A stretch of 63,121 bases of DNA, filler included, from Octopus bimaculoides (GCF_001194135.2; 4 parts of 4 records of this genome joined end to end with filler, not necessarily neighbours in it); one strand, 5' to 3'. Shown: positions 26,266-38,800, numbered from the whole stretch's first letter. A program made the numbers and translations. Notes: generated by a model from the sequence alone, not told the origin.

Positions 26266-29110
26266 GTGCAGTCGTCTCTCTTGCACACCACATTTGATGC
26301 TTCTTATACCCAACTTTTCTCTCAGGGCACTTACACTCTGTTGTTTATGCACACTGACATTACACATCCAGCGGATCATACTAGCTTCATTTCCTTCAAG
26401 GCTATGCAGGTCCTCAGCAATCATGGCCCATGTTTCACTGCTATGTAGCATGGCAGTTTGCACACATGCATCATACAGTCTACCTTTCATCTGAGTGAGA
26501 GGCCCTTAGTTACCAGCAGAGGTAGGAGCTCCCTGAACTTTGCCCAGGCTATTTGTATACTAGTCGCTACACTTTCAGGGCATCCACCCCCACTGCAGAC
26601 TTGGTTGCCTAGGTAGTGGAACCTCTTAACTACTTCTAGTTTCTCTCCCTGGCATGTAATGGAATCTGTTTTCGGTACATCTTCAGTGTTTATTGCCCCT
26701 GTGCATCTGCCACACACAAAAACTATTTTCCCAGTTAACCCTCCTTTGATATTGCTGTACCTTTTATGTGTCCATAACTTACACCACGTACATCATATGG
26801 AGTTTCTACCCACACCTGTTCTACAGATTGAGTAGGGCCATCTACCTGAAGGGGTTTGTGATTTGACAGACTTCTTACTTATTAGGACTTTGGTTTTAGC
26901 TAGGTTGACTCTTAGGCCCTTCAATTCTAGTGCTTGCTTCCACACCTGAAACTTCTCCTCTAGTTCTGGCAGTGACTCAACTATTAGAGCAAGGTCATCA
27001 GCAGAGAGGAGCTCCCAGGGGCAGCCTGTCTTGAATTCCTGCGTTATATAATGAATAAGAGGGGGCTGAGGACTGATCCTTGGTGAACCCCTACTTCTAC
27101 TTGGAATTCTTCACTGTACTTGTTGCCAACCCTCACCTTACTGACAGCATCCCTATACATGGCTTGTACAGCTCTTACCAACCACCCATCTATCCCCAGT
27201 TTCCACATTGACTAGCAGATAAGGGATCGGGGGACCCTGTCAAAGTCAACAAAAGTCAAGTACAGAGGTTTATTTTTGGCTAGATATTTCTCTGTATTTG
27301 CCTTACCAGAAATATAGCATGTGGTGCTCCTCCCTGGCACAAAACCAAACTGCATCTCACCTAGGCTAACTCTCTCCCTAATTAGTTGGGCTATGACCTT
27401 CTCTGTAACTTTCATCACCTGATCCAATAATTTGATACTCCTATAGTTATTTCTCTCTAATGCATCACCTTTACCCTTGTAGCAGTTGACTATGGTGCTG
27501 CTACACCAGTCATTGGGTATGACTCCTCCTTGAACTACCTGATTTATGATATGGGTTATGAGACCATAACCCACACCGCCCGATATTTTAAGCATCTCAG
27601 TGGTGTTTCCTGATGGGCCAGGTGCTTTCCCTGTCTTCATATCCTTAATTGCTTTATCTACCAGGGCACTGTCGATTAGGGTAGCAGGTCCCTCAATTAG
27701 GTCAACCTTTGGCAGACTCTCCTCCCATTCATTCAGCAATCTTTCATAATGACATTTCCAAGCCTCTTTCTTTACAGAATCATTAAACAGAAGGACACCA
27801 TCATCCATGCAGACACATTTCTTTCCTATGACATCATGATTTTCTCTCACACACTGTCTTGGAATCCGAAATACTTCAGAAATTTGGTCCTCACGTTGCT
27901 GAACATTGGCAAACTTCTTTTCTGCTACTCCCTTGGCTATATATATCTGTCTCCTAGTGTCTGTTTTGGCTATCTGATACATTCTCCTGCTACCCCCACT
28001 TTTCCAGGCTTTCCAAGCCTGTTTCTTTGCTCTAATAGCCCTGTCTACAGTATTGTTCCACTACCATGTTACCCTAGGTCTGGAAGAGACTTTGCACTAG
28101 CCACAGATTTGGTCTGTGGCACTCAGCAAGCTGTCTCGCAGGAATTCCCAGCTGCCTTCTATGTCACAGGACTGTAGCTCCTGCTCCCTATCATCAAATT
28201 TCTTGGTAAGGATATCCCTAAATCTCTGACCATATGAAGGGTTCTTAAGCTTCCAAGTCCTTCTTTTCCAGATTGGTCTGCTTTTTGGCATCCTTCTGGC
28301 CTCGAGTCTAAAGTCACTAATAACTAATCTATGCTGGGGAGTACATTCTTCACTAGGAAGCGTCTTTGCATTTAAGAGCAACCATGTATCCTGCTGTCTG
28401 ATGAGAATGAAATCAATCTGGTTAGCAGAGTCACTTGATTGATAGGCTATCAAGTGGCTAGTTGGCTTCCTGTAGTTGGTGTTGCAGATCAATAGGTTAT
28501 TTGCATCACAGAACTCTAGGAGCCAAGTTCCCTCTTAATTTCTGGTACCAACTCCATGGCCTCCTTGTACACAAAGGAAGATACCAGGTTTCTCTCCAAT
28601 GTGCTCATTAAAATCTCCAGCCACAAAGATGAGATCATTCTCACTCGTGTTTGAGGTAGCCTGCAGAATATCATAAAAGTGACCCTTCTGTTCATTTGGT
28701 AGGCCTGCTTGTGGGGCATAAGCAGAGGTAATTGTAGCTATACCATTCTGCAAGACTAGCTTGAGTTTAAGTACTCTATCGCACACCTTCACTACCTCTA
28801 TGACCTTATCCGCCCATTTCTCTGCAAGAAGTATACCCACACCCACTATTCCATCACTATTACCTTCCCAGAAGAGTTTATGCCTATGTGCTTTGCCTGT
28901 GAGGGCTCTGGCTGAAGCTCCTCTCCACCAAACCTCTTGTATGCAACACACATCAACATGTCTCCATTCAAGCATCTCTACAATCTCACTAGACCTACCT
29001 TTCAATGTGCCTACATTTACAGTGCCAACTCTGAAAACTGGGAAAGAGATATGGGAGGTAATACAGGAAGGAGAGATGTTATTCAGCATCTGAAAAGGAG
29101 GTTCCCATGG
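26266..29110 (-). mobile_element. RTE-clade LINE, near full-length ORF broken by stops and frameshifts
   Basis: APE: FRVGTVNVGTLKGR..DVCCIQE..SAYAPQ..VAGDFN..QIDFILIR. RT: MKTGKAPGPSG..YKGKGDALERNNYRSIKLL..MQFGFVPGRSTT. Cys-rich CGRCTG segment; C-terminal MLHSSETWAM..MIRWMCNVS. Confidence 0.92.
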
Positions 29111-30127
29111 TCATTTGGTAACAGACATCATTATATATATATATATATATATATAGTTTTAGGGAAAAGAACCAAGGTTCATGAACTCATCAATGAAAAT
29201 CCACTGTCATATATAGAAAAATTAATAATTAAAAGCNNNNNNNNNNNNNNNNNNNNNNNNNNNNNNNNNNNNNNNNNNNNNNNNNNNNNNNNNNNNNNNN
29301 NNNNNNNNNNNNNNNNNNNNNNNNNNNNNNNNNNNNNNNNNNNNNNNNNNNNNNNNNNNNNNNNNNNNNNNNNNNNNNNNNNNNNNNNNNNNNNNNNNNN
29401 NNNNNNNNNNNNNNNNNNNNNNNNNNNNNNNNNNNNNNNNNNNNNNNNNNNNNNNNNNNNNNNNNNNNNNNNNNNNNNNNNNNNNNNNNNNNNNNNNNNN
29501 NNNNNNNNNNNNNNNNNNNNNNNNNNNNNNNNNNNNNNNAAAGATAATATTAGTACATATTTAACCGGTGTAATAGTTAAAGCTAGACTATTTAAGACTA
29601 AAAACATTTATTTAATTATCATTAAAAATCAATTGAATAATAGAAAAATACAAGAATACTTATTTCTACAAACGTAGAAATAAAAATAAAAAGATGAATG
29701 AAAAAATTATGAATGAAAAAATTAAGAATGAAAAAAATTATTATGAATGAAAGATTAAACTTTATATAGCCTAAGTTTTAATTTAAAAAATCGTTTAGCA
29801 AAGTAAAAACAGTACTTATCCATATTTTTTCGTAATTCAAACTGAAACTTAGATGTTAACTAATACCTATAGCATTTCTTAGCAAGAGGTCGCGCAAAAA
29901 TACTAAGTTAAAATAAAGAATAGAATATGAAAACATGAATGAAAGAATAATACTTAAAATAATGAATGAAATATTTAAACTTTATATAACTAACAACATA
30001 AAAAAACCACAGATATCTTATAAAACATATTAATGAATTTTAAATTCTAATATATAATAAATTAATAAGACTAAGAGTCGTAAATTAGATAAGCTAAAAT
30101 ACTACTATTGATTTAATCTTATAAAAG

Positions 30128-31690
30128 ATGTCAAGAAATTGGAATGCTTCAGAAATAGATCTATTTCTCAGAGCTTGGTTGGTAGCCAAGAATGATCCTG
30201 CCAACAACATTATCACTGCAGCCCTAAAAAGTACAGGATTCAGCAGCTCTGTGGAACAAACAGAGAAGAAGAAAAGTGAATTCATTTGTTCCTATGCACT
30301 CATCAGATCACATCTACAGAAGCTGGATACCATGTTTAAAAATGGTGAATCCTCAGGTAAAATATCTTATACACAGAACAGTTCCAACACTGAACCCTCG
30401 AGTAGACGACCCAATAAGTAAAGCACTGAAAAGGACACCATGAACAAGGATATCCAAGTTCATGGAGATAGAAGAATTGAAAAAGAAACACAAAAACCTC
30501 CATGAAAAGCAGCCCCAACACCACCTCCCAAAACAATGAGAAAAGTAAAGGAACTGTGAAGCCTGTTGAAAGAGAAGCCAGTATCAAGTAAAGAAACAAA
30601 TAGAAGAGAAATAGATATAGAAATAAAGATGTTACATGAAGCACGTACCATTTGTAAATTTCATATTAAAGACATCTGCTGGCATGGTGAGATGGGGATA
30701 AACTGTCGCTTTGCACATCCAAAGTTCAAACAGAATAATACACAAGGCAAAACACACCTCCAACAAGAGAGGACAAAACCATGCTCAGAGGAACTCTTAC
30801 CACACTACAGACCAAAAAACTGTGTGGATGCAGTGCAAGCTGCAACTATCAAGCAACAAAATTTTTTAGGTATGACAAAAGATGGTGCAGCAGCTGGCAT
30901 GGTTGCAAACATAACTAAGCCATGCACACCCACATACAAAACCACCACAAATAACAGACCCAGGATGGCCACCATTGCTGCAAAAGCAGCAATCACACAA
31001 TTCTTTTAATAAATATTAGTGGCCTCCTACAAAGCAACAGCAATCAAAAAGTTGCATACCCAAGGGATCTTTCTGCATGCAATCAAGCAATATGCATTGC
31101 ACTTACAGAGACACATCTCTCTGCAGATATAAATGACGCAGAGATACACATACCAATGTATGTGGTGTTCCATGCAGACAGAAGGGAAAGAACTCAGGGT
31201 GGAGTTGCATTGTACATCTGTGAAGATATCACACCACTAACCCTGTTGTCACACCACTAACCCTGTTGTCACACTCAAACTCAGTCTGTGACACACTCAT
31301 AGTGTATTTAATGCAATCTGATGTGATAATATACACTGTATCACCCACCTAATGCCTCAAGTCATGATGGTAAATTTGAGGGAAAGTCTTACAATGATAA
31401 AAGAAGTACTAACAAACTGGATCAAGATGTTAATATACTTCTGATGGATGATTTCAACTTCCCCAACATCAAATGGCCCAAAGGCCACATAATCTCAGGA
31501 ATGACATGCAAAGAGTGTAACCAAACAAAATCTCAACTTGACCTCACAAAAATGTTGTTCATGAAACAAACAATACTCTCCCCAACCAGGAATCATGATA
31601 TAGATCTCTGTTTCACCAACAATGTCATATCCACAACATGAAGATAACACCAACAATCTTCTCACACTACAACATGGTAGAACTGACAAT
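30128..31690 (+). mobile_element. CR1/L2-group LINE 5' part: ORF1 with CCCH zinc finger plus APE endonuclease, degenerate
   Basis: ORF1 pieces include ICKFHIKDICWHGEMGINCRFAHPK. APE: IALTETHLSADINDAEIHIP..DRRERTQGGVALYI..LMDDFNFPNIKW..PTRNHDIDLCFTN. Confidence 0.8.
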
Positions 31691-32383
31691 GTATGGTCCA
31701 AAACCAATTAATGATGTAATGTTATTACCAGTTCAAATATTCTTGTGGCAGATTCAAACTCATAGGCAAACCATTCACCTTGGAGAAAATTTCTTGCTAT
31801 AGCCAAATGGTGTAAATACACCTAAATCAGCTCACAGTGCTACTTATCCAGGCTGTGAGATACAAGCATTTTGGAGTGGCTGTCTACTCTTCAGTCACAG
31901 AAACCAGACAGGGGCACTGCAAGCTGATAAGAGAGATTGTTTCTCTTATGCTATTCCAGTCATCATATGATGAGTAGTAGCACTAATTATCAGCTCACCG
32001 TATACAAATTACGGGGTGGGAGCACTATGCATTGATGTGTATAAATGCAATGTTATTACCAGTTCAAATATGCTTGTGGCAGATTCGAACTCATAGGCAA
32101 GCCATTCACTGTGTTTTGTCATGGAGAAAATTTCCTGCCCACTGATTAGCACTACCTCTCACACACACACACACACACACAGAAAAAGTATGTGATAGTA
32201 AAAGATATTACTCAAAGTTATTTAAGAAGGAGAGAGAGAGGTATTGTAAATGAACAGAAAATTAATAGAAAAGTATGAAAGATATTCTTCAATGAAGAAT
32301 TTGAGAAGAAATTTTATTTATTTTGAAAAATGTGTCAGAAGAAATTTTCAATAAAGAAATTTAGTTTTAACAAAAATAATTCT

Positions 32384-32806
32384 TTAAAGTGTTTTTTGAA
32401 GATTTTCTTTAGCTGATTCATCTTGATTTGATTGGTAGAAACTTACAGATGCATCATAAAAATTTACAACCATAACAGTTATATTGTCTAAAGAACCTCT
32501 GTAATAAGCCTGTAAGACTAAGCTTTTGGCTCCATAATGTGGCTCAGAGAGTCTTTCCTGAATATAATTCACAGCTTCTTCATTACTAAAACAGTCCCAA
32601 AGACCATCTGTGGCTAAAATTATAAACTTTGGTTGTATCACATTCAGGTCAAATATGTAAATATCAGGTTCTGCAATGAGATATTTTTTTTCTTTGAGAG
32701 GATAATCTCCCAGGGCTCTTGAAGTTGCTAGAACACCTACAACTCGCCAAACTCCATTAAAAGTGATATAGCCTCCAGCTTCTTTGATACGTGATCTTTC
32801 TTTCAG
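32384..32806 (-). CDS. PPM1L: Protein phosphatase 2C (PPM1L/PP2C-epsilon-like), terminal coding exon
   Basis: ttttttag|CTG AAA GAA acceptor, phase 0; 141 codons to the stop. LKERSRIKEAGGYITFNGVWRVVGVLATSRALGDYPLKEKKYLIAEPDI..QPKFIILATDGLWDCFSNEEAVNYIQERLSEPHYGAKSLVLQAYYRGSLDNITVMVV contains the DGLWD and DNIT PP2C motifs and closely resembles the PPM1L C-terminus as I recall it. Confidence 0.93.
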   Translation of the reverse strand: MKERSRIKEAGGYITFNGVWRVVGVLATSRALGDYPLKEKKYLIAEPDIYIFDLNVIQPKFIILATDGLWDCFSNEEAVNYIQERLSEPHYGAKSLVLQAYYRGSLDNITVMVVNFYDASVSFYQSNQDESAKENLQKTL

Positions 32807-33014
32807 CTAAAAAAATAAATAAAAAAAATAAAATTCTTTGAAAAAAATACTAAATGAAAATTTACAAATCTTTATACACATACAGCAATAGTTGTTAAAG
32901 GCACACAAAACCTTATTAGCATTTAAATCTTTTGTATACAATTAAATAATTGATAGATATAACATTAACTACTTGTTGACATCTTTTTAATTTTCTGAAA
33001 TGGTAACAGTTCAT

Positions 33015-33178
33015 AGGTGCAGGAGGGGCTGTATGGTAAGTAGCTTGCTTACCAACAACATGGTTCCAGGTTCAGTCCCGCTGTGTGGCACCTTGGGCAA
33101 GTGTCTTCTACTATAGCCTCGGGCTGACCAAAGCCTTCTGAGTGGATTTGGTAGACAGCAACTGAAAGAAGCCCATCG

Positions 33179-33218
<40 letters not shown>

Positions 33219-33424
33219 CGTGCGCCAGACACACTCACTTGACATCGTTTGACAACCAATGTTAGTGTGTTTATGTCCCTGTAACTTAGCAGTTCATCAA
33301 CAGAGACTGATAGAATGAGTACTAGGCTTACAAAGAATGAGTCCTAGGGTCAATTTGTTTGACTAAAGGTGGTGCTCCAGTATGGCTGCAGTCAAATGAC
33401 AGAAACAAGTAAAGAAGAATAAAG
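33015..33424 (+). mobile_element. Full-length tRNA-derived SINE (main family), intronic, antisense to PPM1L
   Basis: AGGTGCAGGAGGGGCTGTATGGTAAG..GGTTCAGTCCCGC head, (TG)n, and tail GGTGCTCCAGTATGGCTGCAGTCAAATGACAGAAACAAGT. Confidence 0.85.
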
Positions 33425-33854
33425 TTTATCAACAGAGAAACTCTTAATGTTGTGCAAAAGATATACTTTCATTAACAACTCTGTTGCAAAAATAATTTCA
33501 ACCAGTCTGTTAGAACATAGTTGATTTAGTAAATTAATTCCAGTAGCTTGTAGTCTATTGCTCTTCATAAACTTTAAACAAGTCAAATGTGAAGTATTAA
33601 AATGGAGAGATTGATAGAAAGAGAAAGATAATCAGATTAAAAGTAAGGGAAAAAAGAACACCATTACCATGATGGAAGATAGGAGTTCCAGTTCCAGACA
33701 AGGCAGGTGTAAAGAAACATTGAGGTTTGTAGTTAACCTTTTCATTTTTTTTGCACTCAACAAATGTTTTAACAACTGAGATATGTTGGGGATTGGCTAA
33801 CCTCTTATACCCAATTTTTCTCTCAAAACATGAACGCTTTTATATACAAGCACA

Positions 33855-34690
33855 CTGACAATACACATCTAGCAGTGTATGCTGGTTTCATTTCTTTCAA
33901 GCCTTTGCATGTCCTTTGCTGTCGCAGCCCACATTTGGCTACTATGTAGCTGTTTGTACATAAGTATCATACAGCAGCCTTTTACTCTGAGGGAGAGACC
34001 TTTTGTTACCAACAAAGGTAATAGGTCTTTGAACTTTTCCCAGCAAGTTCTTATTCTAACAACTACACTTTCAGAGCATCCTCCTCTGCTGCTAATCATG
34101 TCACCTGGGTAATGAAAACTATCTACTATTTCTAAGGATACCCTTGGACATTTGAAGAAATGTATTTCCTGTATATTCTTAGTGCTTATTATACCTGCAC
34201 ATTTGCCACACACAAAGACTACTTTCTCTGTTAACCCTCCTGTGATTCCATTGTACTTCTAAGGTTCTTTGATTCCAGTCCTTACTTCCACACCTGAAAT
34301 TTCCTCTGCAGAAATTCAGCTATAAGAACAAGGTCATCGGCATAGAGGAGCTGCTATGAGCAACTGGTCTCAAATTCCTCTAAAAGACTATGATAAACAA
34401 GAAAGGGCTGAGAACCAGTCTTTGGTGAACTCTTACCTGCACATTAAATTTGTTGCTATGCTCACTGCTGACTTCTACCTTATTAATAGCATCACTGTAC
34501 ATGGCTTGGATGGTTCTCACTAACCACTCATCTACCCTTAACTTACATATCAGCTACCAGATGAGGGAGCAAGGAACCCTGTCAAAAGCTTTCACCATGT
34601 TGACAAATGCCAAGTGTAACAGATTATATTTTACTCCACAATATATGACCACTCTGCTTGCTTTACCAGTGGTTAACATATCTTGCATAG
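33855..34690 (-). mobile_element. Second, more decayed copy of the RTE family at 26266-29110
   Basis: CGKCAG..GGCSESVVVRIRTCWEKFKDLLPLLVTKGLSLRVKG matches CGRCTG..GGCPESVATSIQIAWAKFRELLPLLVTKGLSLR; carries internal deletions. Confidence 0.85.
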
Positions 34691-34884
34691 AAAATTGAAA
34701 TAAAAAGTAGAAAGAAATATAAATTAAGTTAAATAAACTCTTCTAGCTCACTTTAAGCATCAAATTTGCAAATTCCTGTGAAGTAGTTTCCAAGATTTTT
34801 AGAAGCAAAGTTAGACAATGGAGGAAGCTAAGAAATTTATATAAATAAAATTATATTTTTACAAACATCTACGAACAAGAGGAA

Positions 34885-35140
34885 CTATGTACATTAATTA
34901 CATTTGACAGGTATTTGTCCTCATCTTGTTCATTGTTAACACAATGTTTCAGCTGATATACCCTCCAGCCTTCATCAGGTGTCTTGGGGAAATTTCGAAC
35001 CTGGGTTCTCATTCCTAAGGTATTTTTTGATGTTGTTATATTATTATAATAATATTATTCTAATAATATAACTCGAACTCGGAGTCTTGGGGTTAGTAGC
35101 CCATGCTCTTAACCACTATGCCATATGCCCGTGGGTCCAC
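34885..35140 (-). mobile_element. tRNA-headed SINE with a hammerhead-ribozyme-like 3' part
   Basis: Head GGGCATATGGCATAGTGGTTAAGAGCATGGGCTACTAACCCCAAGACTCCGAGTTCGAG (A and B boxes); 3' part GACAC-CTGATGA-A-GGCTG..CAGCT-GAAAC-ATT-GTGTT. Confidence 0.7.
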
Positions 35141-35460
35141 CATAGGTCAAAGATTTATTGAAAATAGTGAACTGAAATTAGATGATGCAATACAAGCACA
35201 AGCATTAGAAGAGGCTTGAATGAATGCTAATCCCTACAATTCATAATCAGCACATATTTTGCTAATATAGTATCAGAGCCTTTATAATATAATGTAGTTC
35301 TAATGATTCTCTTCCTCTGATTGTTATTAGAAAGAGCTATAAATACATTCTTTTTTTGAAGTGGTAAGATCCATAAAATAGAATTTTTCTGCCAAAGAAT
35401 CACCATCATTTTTGTGAGGTTAAAAATGGTCACTACTCAAAGGTATTTCAATCTAATGAC
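35140..35460 (+). mobile_element. Possible LTR retrotransposon gag fragment, heavily decayed
   Basis: QRFIENSELKLDDAIQAQALEEA* and LPKNHHHFCEVKNGHYSKV resemble the gag helix and CCHC knuckle of Gypsy/BEL-type elements. Confidence 0.4.
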
Positions 35461-35689
35461 AATGATGATGATCAGTCATCAAATGCCATTTTTACATCTA
35501 TAACTGTTTCAGATTCCAGTAAAAATTATTACAACAATTTAAAATTTTCTGTACTTCCTGAATGATTATTCACATTCTTTTTATCATCAATATAAAATTG
35601 CATATTGAATCTATCTCTGAGAAGCATTTACCTCACCATGCCAGGAACTTCTGTCTCAATTAGCTAGCTTTGGTATGTCCCTCAATTTT

Positions 35690-36420
35690 ATGTTGTGTTT
35701 TTGCTAATATCAATATAGTTGAGTGGTTTTTGTCTTTTAATAGGGTGTAGGAATCTTCCAAATATAACACCTAATATAGCCTGGTGTTCAGCACAATAGC
35801 AGTGGCCAACCAAGTCTACTTTGCATTGAGCAACAGTAGTAGAGATGGGAATAAATGTATCCATAACTCGCTTCATTGGTCTTGTACTAGCACCACAAGA
35901 TGCTTTGAGCCTCCACAAGAAGCCTGGTATGCATACCATCAAGGTATATCTTGAAGCTCTGTCTTTAAAGTCCAAGTTTTGGCTCCATAGAGGAACATGT
36001 CCTGGACACATGCCTAGAAGAAGGCCAGTCTTTGACTTTGAAATACTTGTTTGCCAGATGTTTTGAAGCTTACTACATGCACTTTGAGCCTGTCCCTTGC
36101 ATGTCAAAAAAGTCTTTCTTACTGTTAGCAGCATACTGACCTCTTTGAGTCATGTACGCAGTTTCCTTTGCAGTGAGAAACATTGACTTTGGTTGCAGCA
36201 TTCTCAGAGGTTGTTACAATAGTAATAGCTCTGACAATATCATCTGTGATATCGTAGTCCAACAGGATATGTAACCTTACCCTTCTTTTGACTCTTTCAA
36301 ATGTCTTGGAGAAATCCCCAAATGCAGTTGATGCCTTTTGCTTAGAAGAGATTTTTTCAAGGACAAGGATATGTGGTGTTGTGTTGATTTCCCTTGGTGG
36401 AAACTAATTTGGTCCCTCAT
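35690..36420 (-). mobile_element. RTE-like LINE 3' fragment (different family)
   Basis: KGQAQSACSKLQNIWQTSISK, shifted YGAKTWTL, and ISTTVAQCKVDLVGHCYCAEHQ resemble an RTE/RTE-X ORF C-terminus. Confidence 0.65.
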
Positions 36421-36830
36421 AAAATGATGGGATTGATATGAGAGATTCTTCTATTAAGTAGTAAGAGTTGTAGATTTTTTAGTTTAGATGAGAAAGTGTA
36501 ATTCTTCTGTAGTTCTGTGGCTGATAAAGATCATCTTTCTTAAAATGAACTGCACCCAAATAAACTATTGGGTAAATTTGAATGTCAGTCTACCTAAATT
36601 CTTAATCCAATTTTTGACTTTTTGTTTCAGTGCACAGAGCTCTATGTCACTCTTTCAAAGATTTTGCAACAACAGTTCCAACATTAAGAGTCAATTCAAT
36701 GGTTAACAGAATGCCAAAGTCAAATCTACTATTAGTATTAAGAAAAGGGCTAAGAATGGAGAATAACTAGCAATAAATCTCATGTAACTTAACAGTATTT
36801 CAAAATAGAGGAGTTAAAAAATTATCTTAC

Positions 36831-36961
36831 TTGTTGTGGTTTATGGTCAACAGTGAGTGGCAATGTATTGCCATCCTTATCACACATGACACCTCGAGAA
36901 TCACCAACATTTGCAACAGTTAGAATGCCATTTTTTAAGACAGCCACCAATGCAGTTGAAC
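36831..36961 (-). CDS. PPM1L: PPM1L-like penultimate coding exon
   Basis: ttttag|GT TCA ... CAA CAA|gtaag; 131 nt (2 nt + 43 codons). (G)STALVAVLKNGILTVANVGDSRGVMCDKDGNTLPLTVDHKPQQ contains GST, VANVGDSR and DHKP. The phase 0 donor matches the phase 0 acceptor at 32806. Confidence 0.95.
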
Positions 36962-37378
36962 CTAAAATTGTGAAAATAAAAGTTTTAAATCAAATAAATG
37001 TTACTAATATTTAATCACAGTCATGTGTGTTTAAAAAGCAATTACAGCATGAAGATAATAGAACAATGATTAGAGGAAATTCATAGTTGCAACACATATA
37101 TCTTACATATAGTAAAACAAATGAGTCCTGTCAGTCACACTTGGGGGAAAGAAGAGTAAACAACAAACAGAGTGGGAGTGTGTGACAATCAAAGGCAGTA
37201 AAACATGCAAACAACCTTCAAAGATTTTGCCCTGAAAGATGCTGGCATTTTACTCAAAATAAAACAGCAAATTTTTTTGTAAATTATATTTACTTTATCA
37301 GTTTCACAAACACACACAAATATCTATATGAAATTAAATATTAAACACTTTTGTTTTCAAAATATTATTGTTTACTTA

Positions 37379-37423
<45 letters not shown>

Positions 37424-38149
37424 TGTATGTGAACAAGAATATATGTATGTAAGTACACACACTCTTTTATTTTAGTCCATTTTCCTTTTCTGATACAAGC
37501 CCTTATTTCCTTTTCCAAGTAAAGGATACCATATTTTACTGATTTCATCAATCTAGAAAAAGGAAACAAATGTGTATGCGTGCACACATTCACACATGCA
37601 TATACACATATATATGTATGCACATGCATAGATGCATATAAATATGTGATGCCAAGATACAAGTGTGTATGTATATATATATATATATATACTGAGAGAG
37701 AGAGATATGCTAATGTATATATATATGGATCAAAACTGTTTGGCACTTAAAGTTTCAAAGCATGATGCTTATCCTCAGCCATTGGAAATTTGAATGAGAA
37801 ATCGTTTGAAGAAAGTCAGATGTTATTACTAGTAGATGGGCTGTGTTTGGTCGAGAAAGGTCATGCAGTGTCACAGTTTGATGTTGATATTTCAGTGACA
37901 ACAATTACTTGGAAAATACTGTATGGACAGGAAATCGACCGTGTGGTGGACAGGAAATTGGTCACATGGTTGGAAGGGAAGTAGGAAGGGGTGGTGTGAC
38001 AATATATCTATAGTTATAACAATGCACACATATGCGCAGATATGAATGTGTGTGTGTATTTGTACATGTGTATATAAGATTGTATGGATGTGCGGGTGTG
38101 TGTATATGCATGCACACATATGCATGTGTTTGTGTGGATGTACAACTGT

Positions 38150-38655
38150 CATCATCATCATCGTTGTTTAATGTCCGCTTTCCATGCTAGCATGGGTTGG
38201 ACGATTTGACTGAAGACTGGTGAACCAGGTGGCTACACCAGGCTCCAATCTGATTTGGCAGAGTTTCTACAGCTGGATGCCCTTCCTAACGCCCACCACT
38301 CCAAGGGTGTAGTGGGTGCTTTTACGTGCCACCGGCACAAAGGCCAGTCAGAAGGTACTGGCAACGGCCACACTCGAAATTGTTTATTTTATATACCACC
38401 TGCACAGGAGCCAGTCCAGCGGTACTGGCAAGGAACTCGCTCAAATGTCTTTTCATGTGCCAGGAAGGCGACGTTGGTAACGATCACGCTCAAATGGTGC
38501 GATTTACGTGCCACCGGCATGGAAGCCAGACAGCTGGTGCTCTGGCAACGATCACGCTCGGACGGTGGTCTTAGTGATCTACTGGTACAGATACCATCAC
38601 GATTTCGCTTTCGCTTGCCCCAACAGGTCTTCGCAAGCCGACTGAAGCTTTGTGA
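38150..38655 (-). mobile_element. SINE-like element with (GAT)n tail and internal tandem units
   Basis: Plus strand CATCATCGTTGTTTAATGTCCGCTTTCCATGCTAGCATGGGTTGGACG..CAGCTGGATGCCCTTCCTAACGCC is the reverse of the tail at 39990-40160; TTTACGTGCCACCGGCA-like units repeat inside. Confidence 0.75.
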
Positions 38656-38764
38656 TTGAATTGGGTAGGTGGAAGTTACTGCCGCATGTGTATATGTCTG
38701 TGTATGTACTTGTGCCTCTCCGAAAGAGAGAGAGGGAACTGTATACGTATATATATGTGCATGC

Positions 38765-38800
<36 letters not shown>

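Noticed and set aside
28398-28416. CTGATGAGAATGAAATC, hammerhead-core-like
   Set aside because: No stem II; it is the antisense of RTE coding sequence (IDFILIRQ).
33670-33690. ATGGAAGATAGG (MEDR), resembling PP2C motif 1
   Set aside because: Wrong strand, inside the last intron, and the flanks are not PP2C-like.
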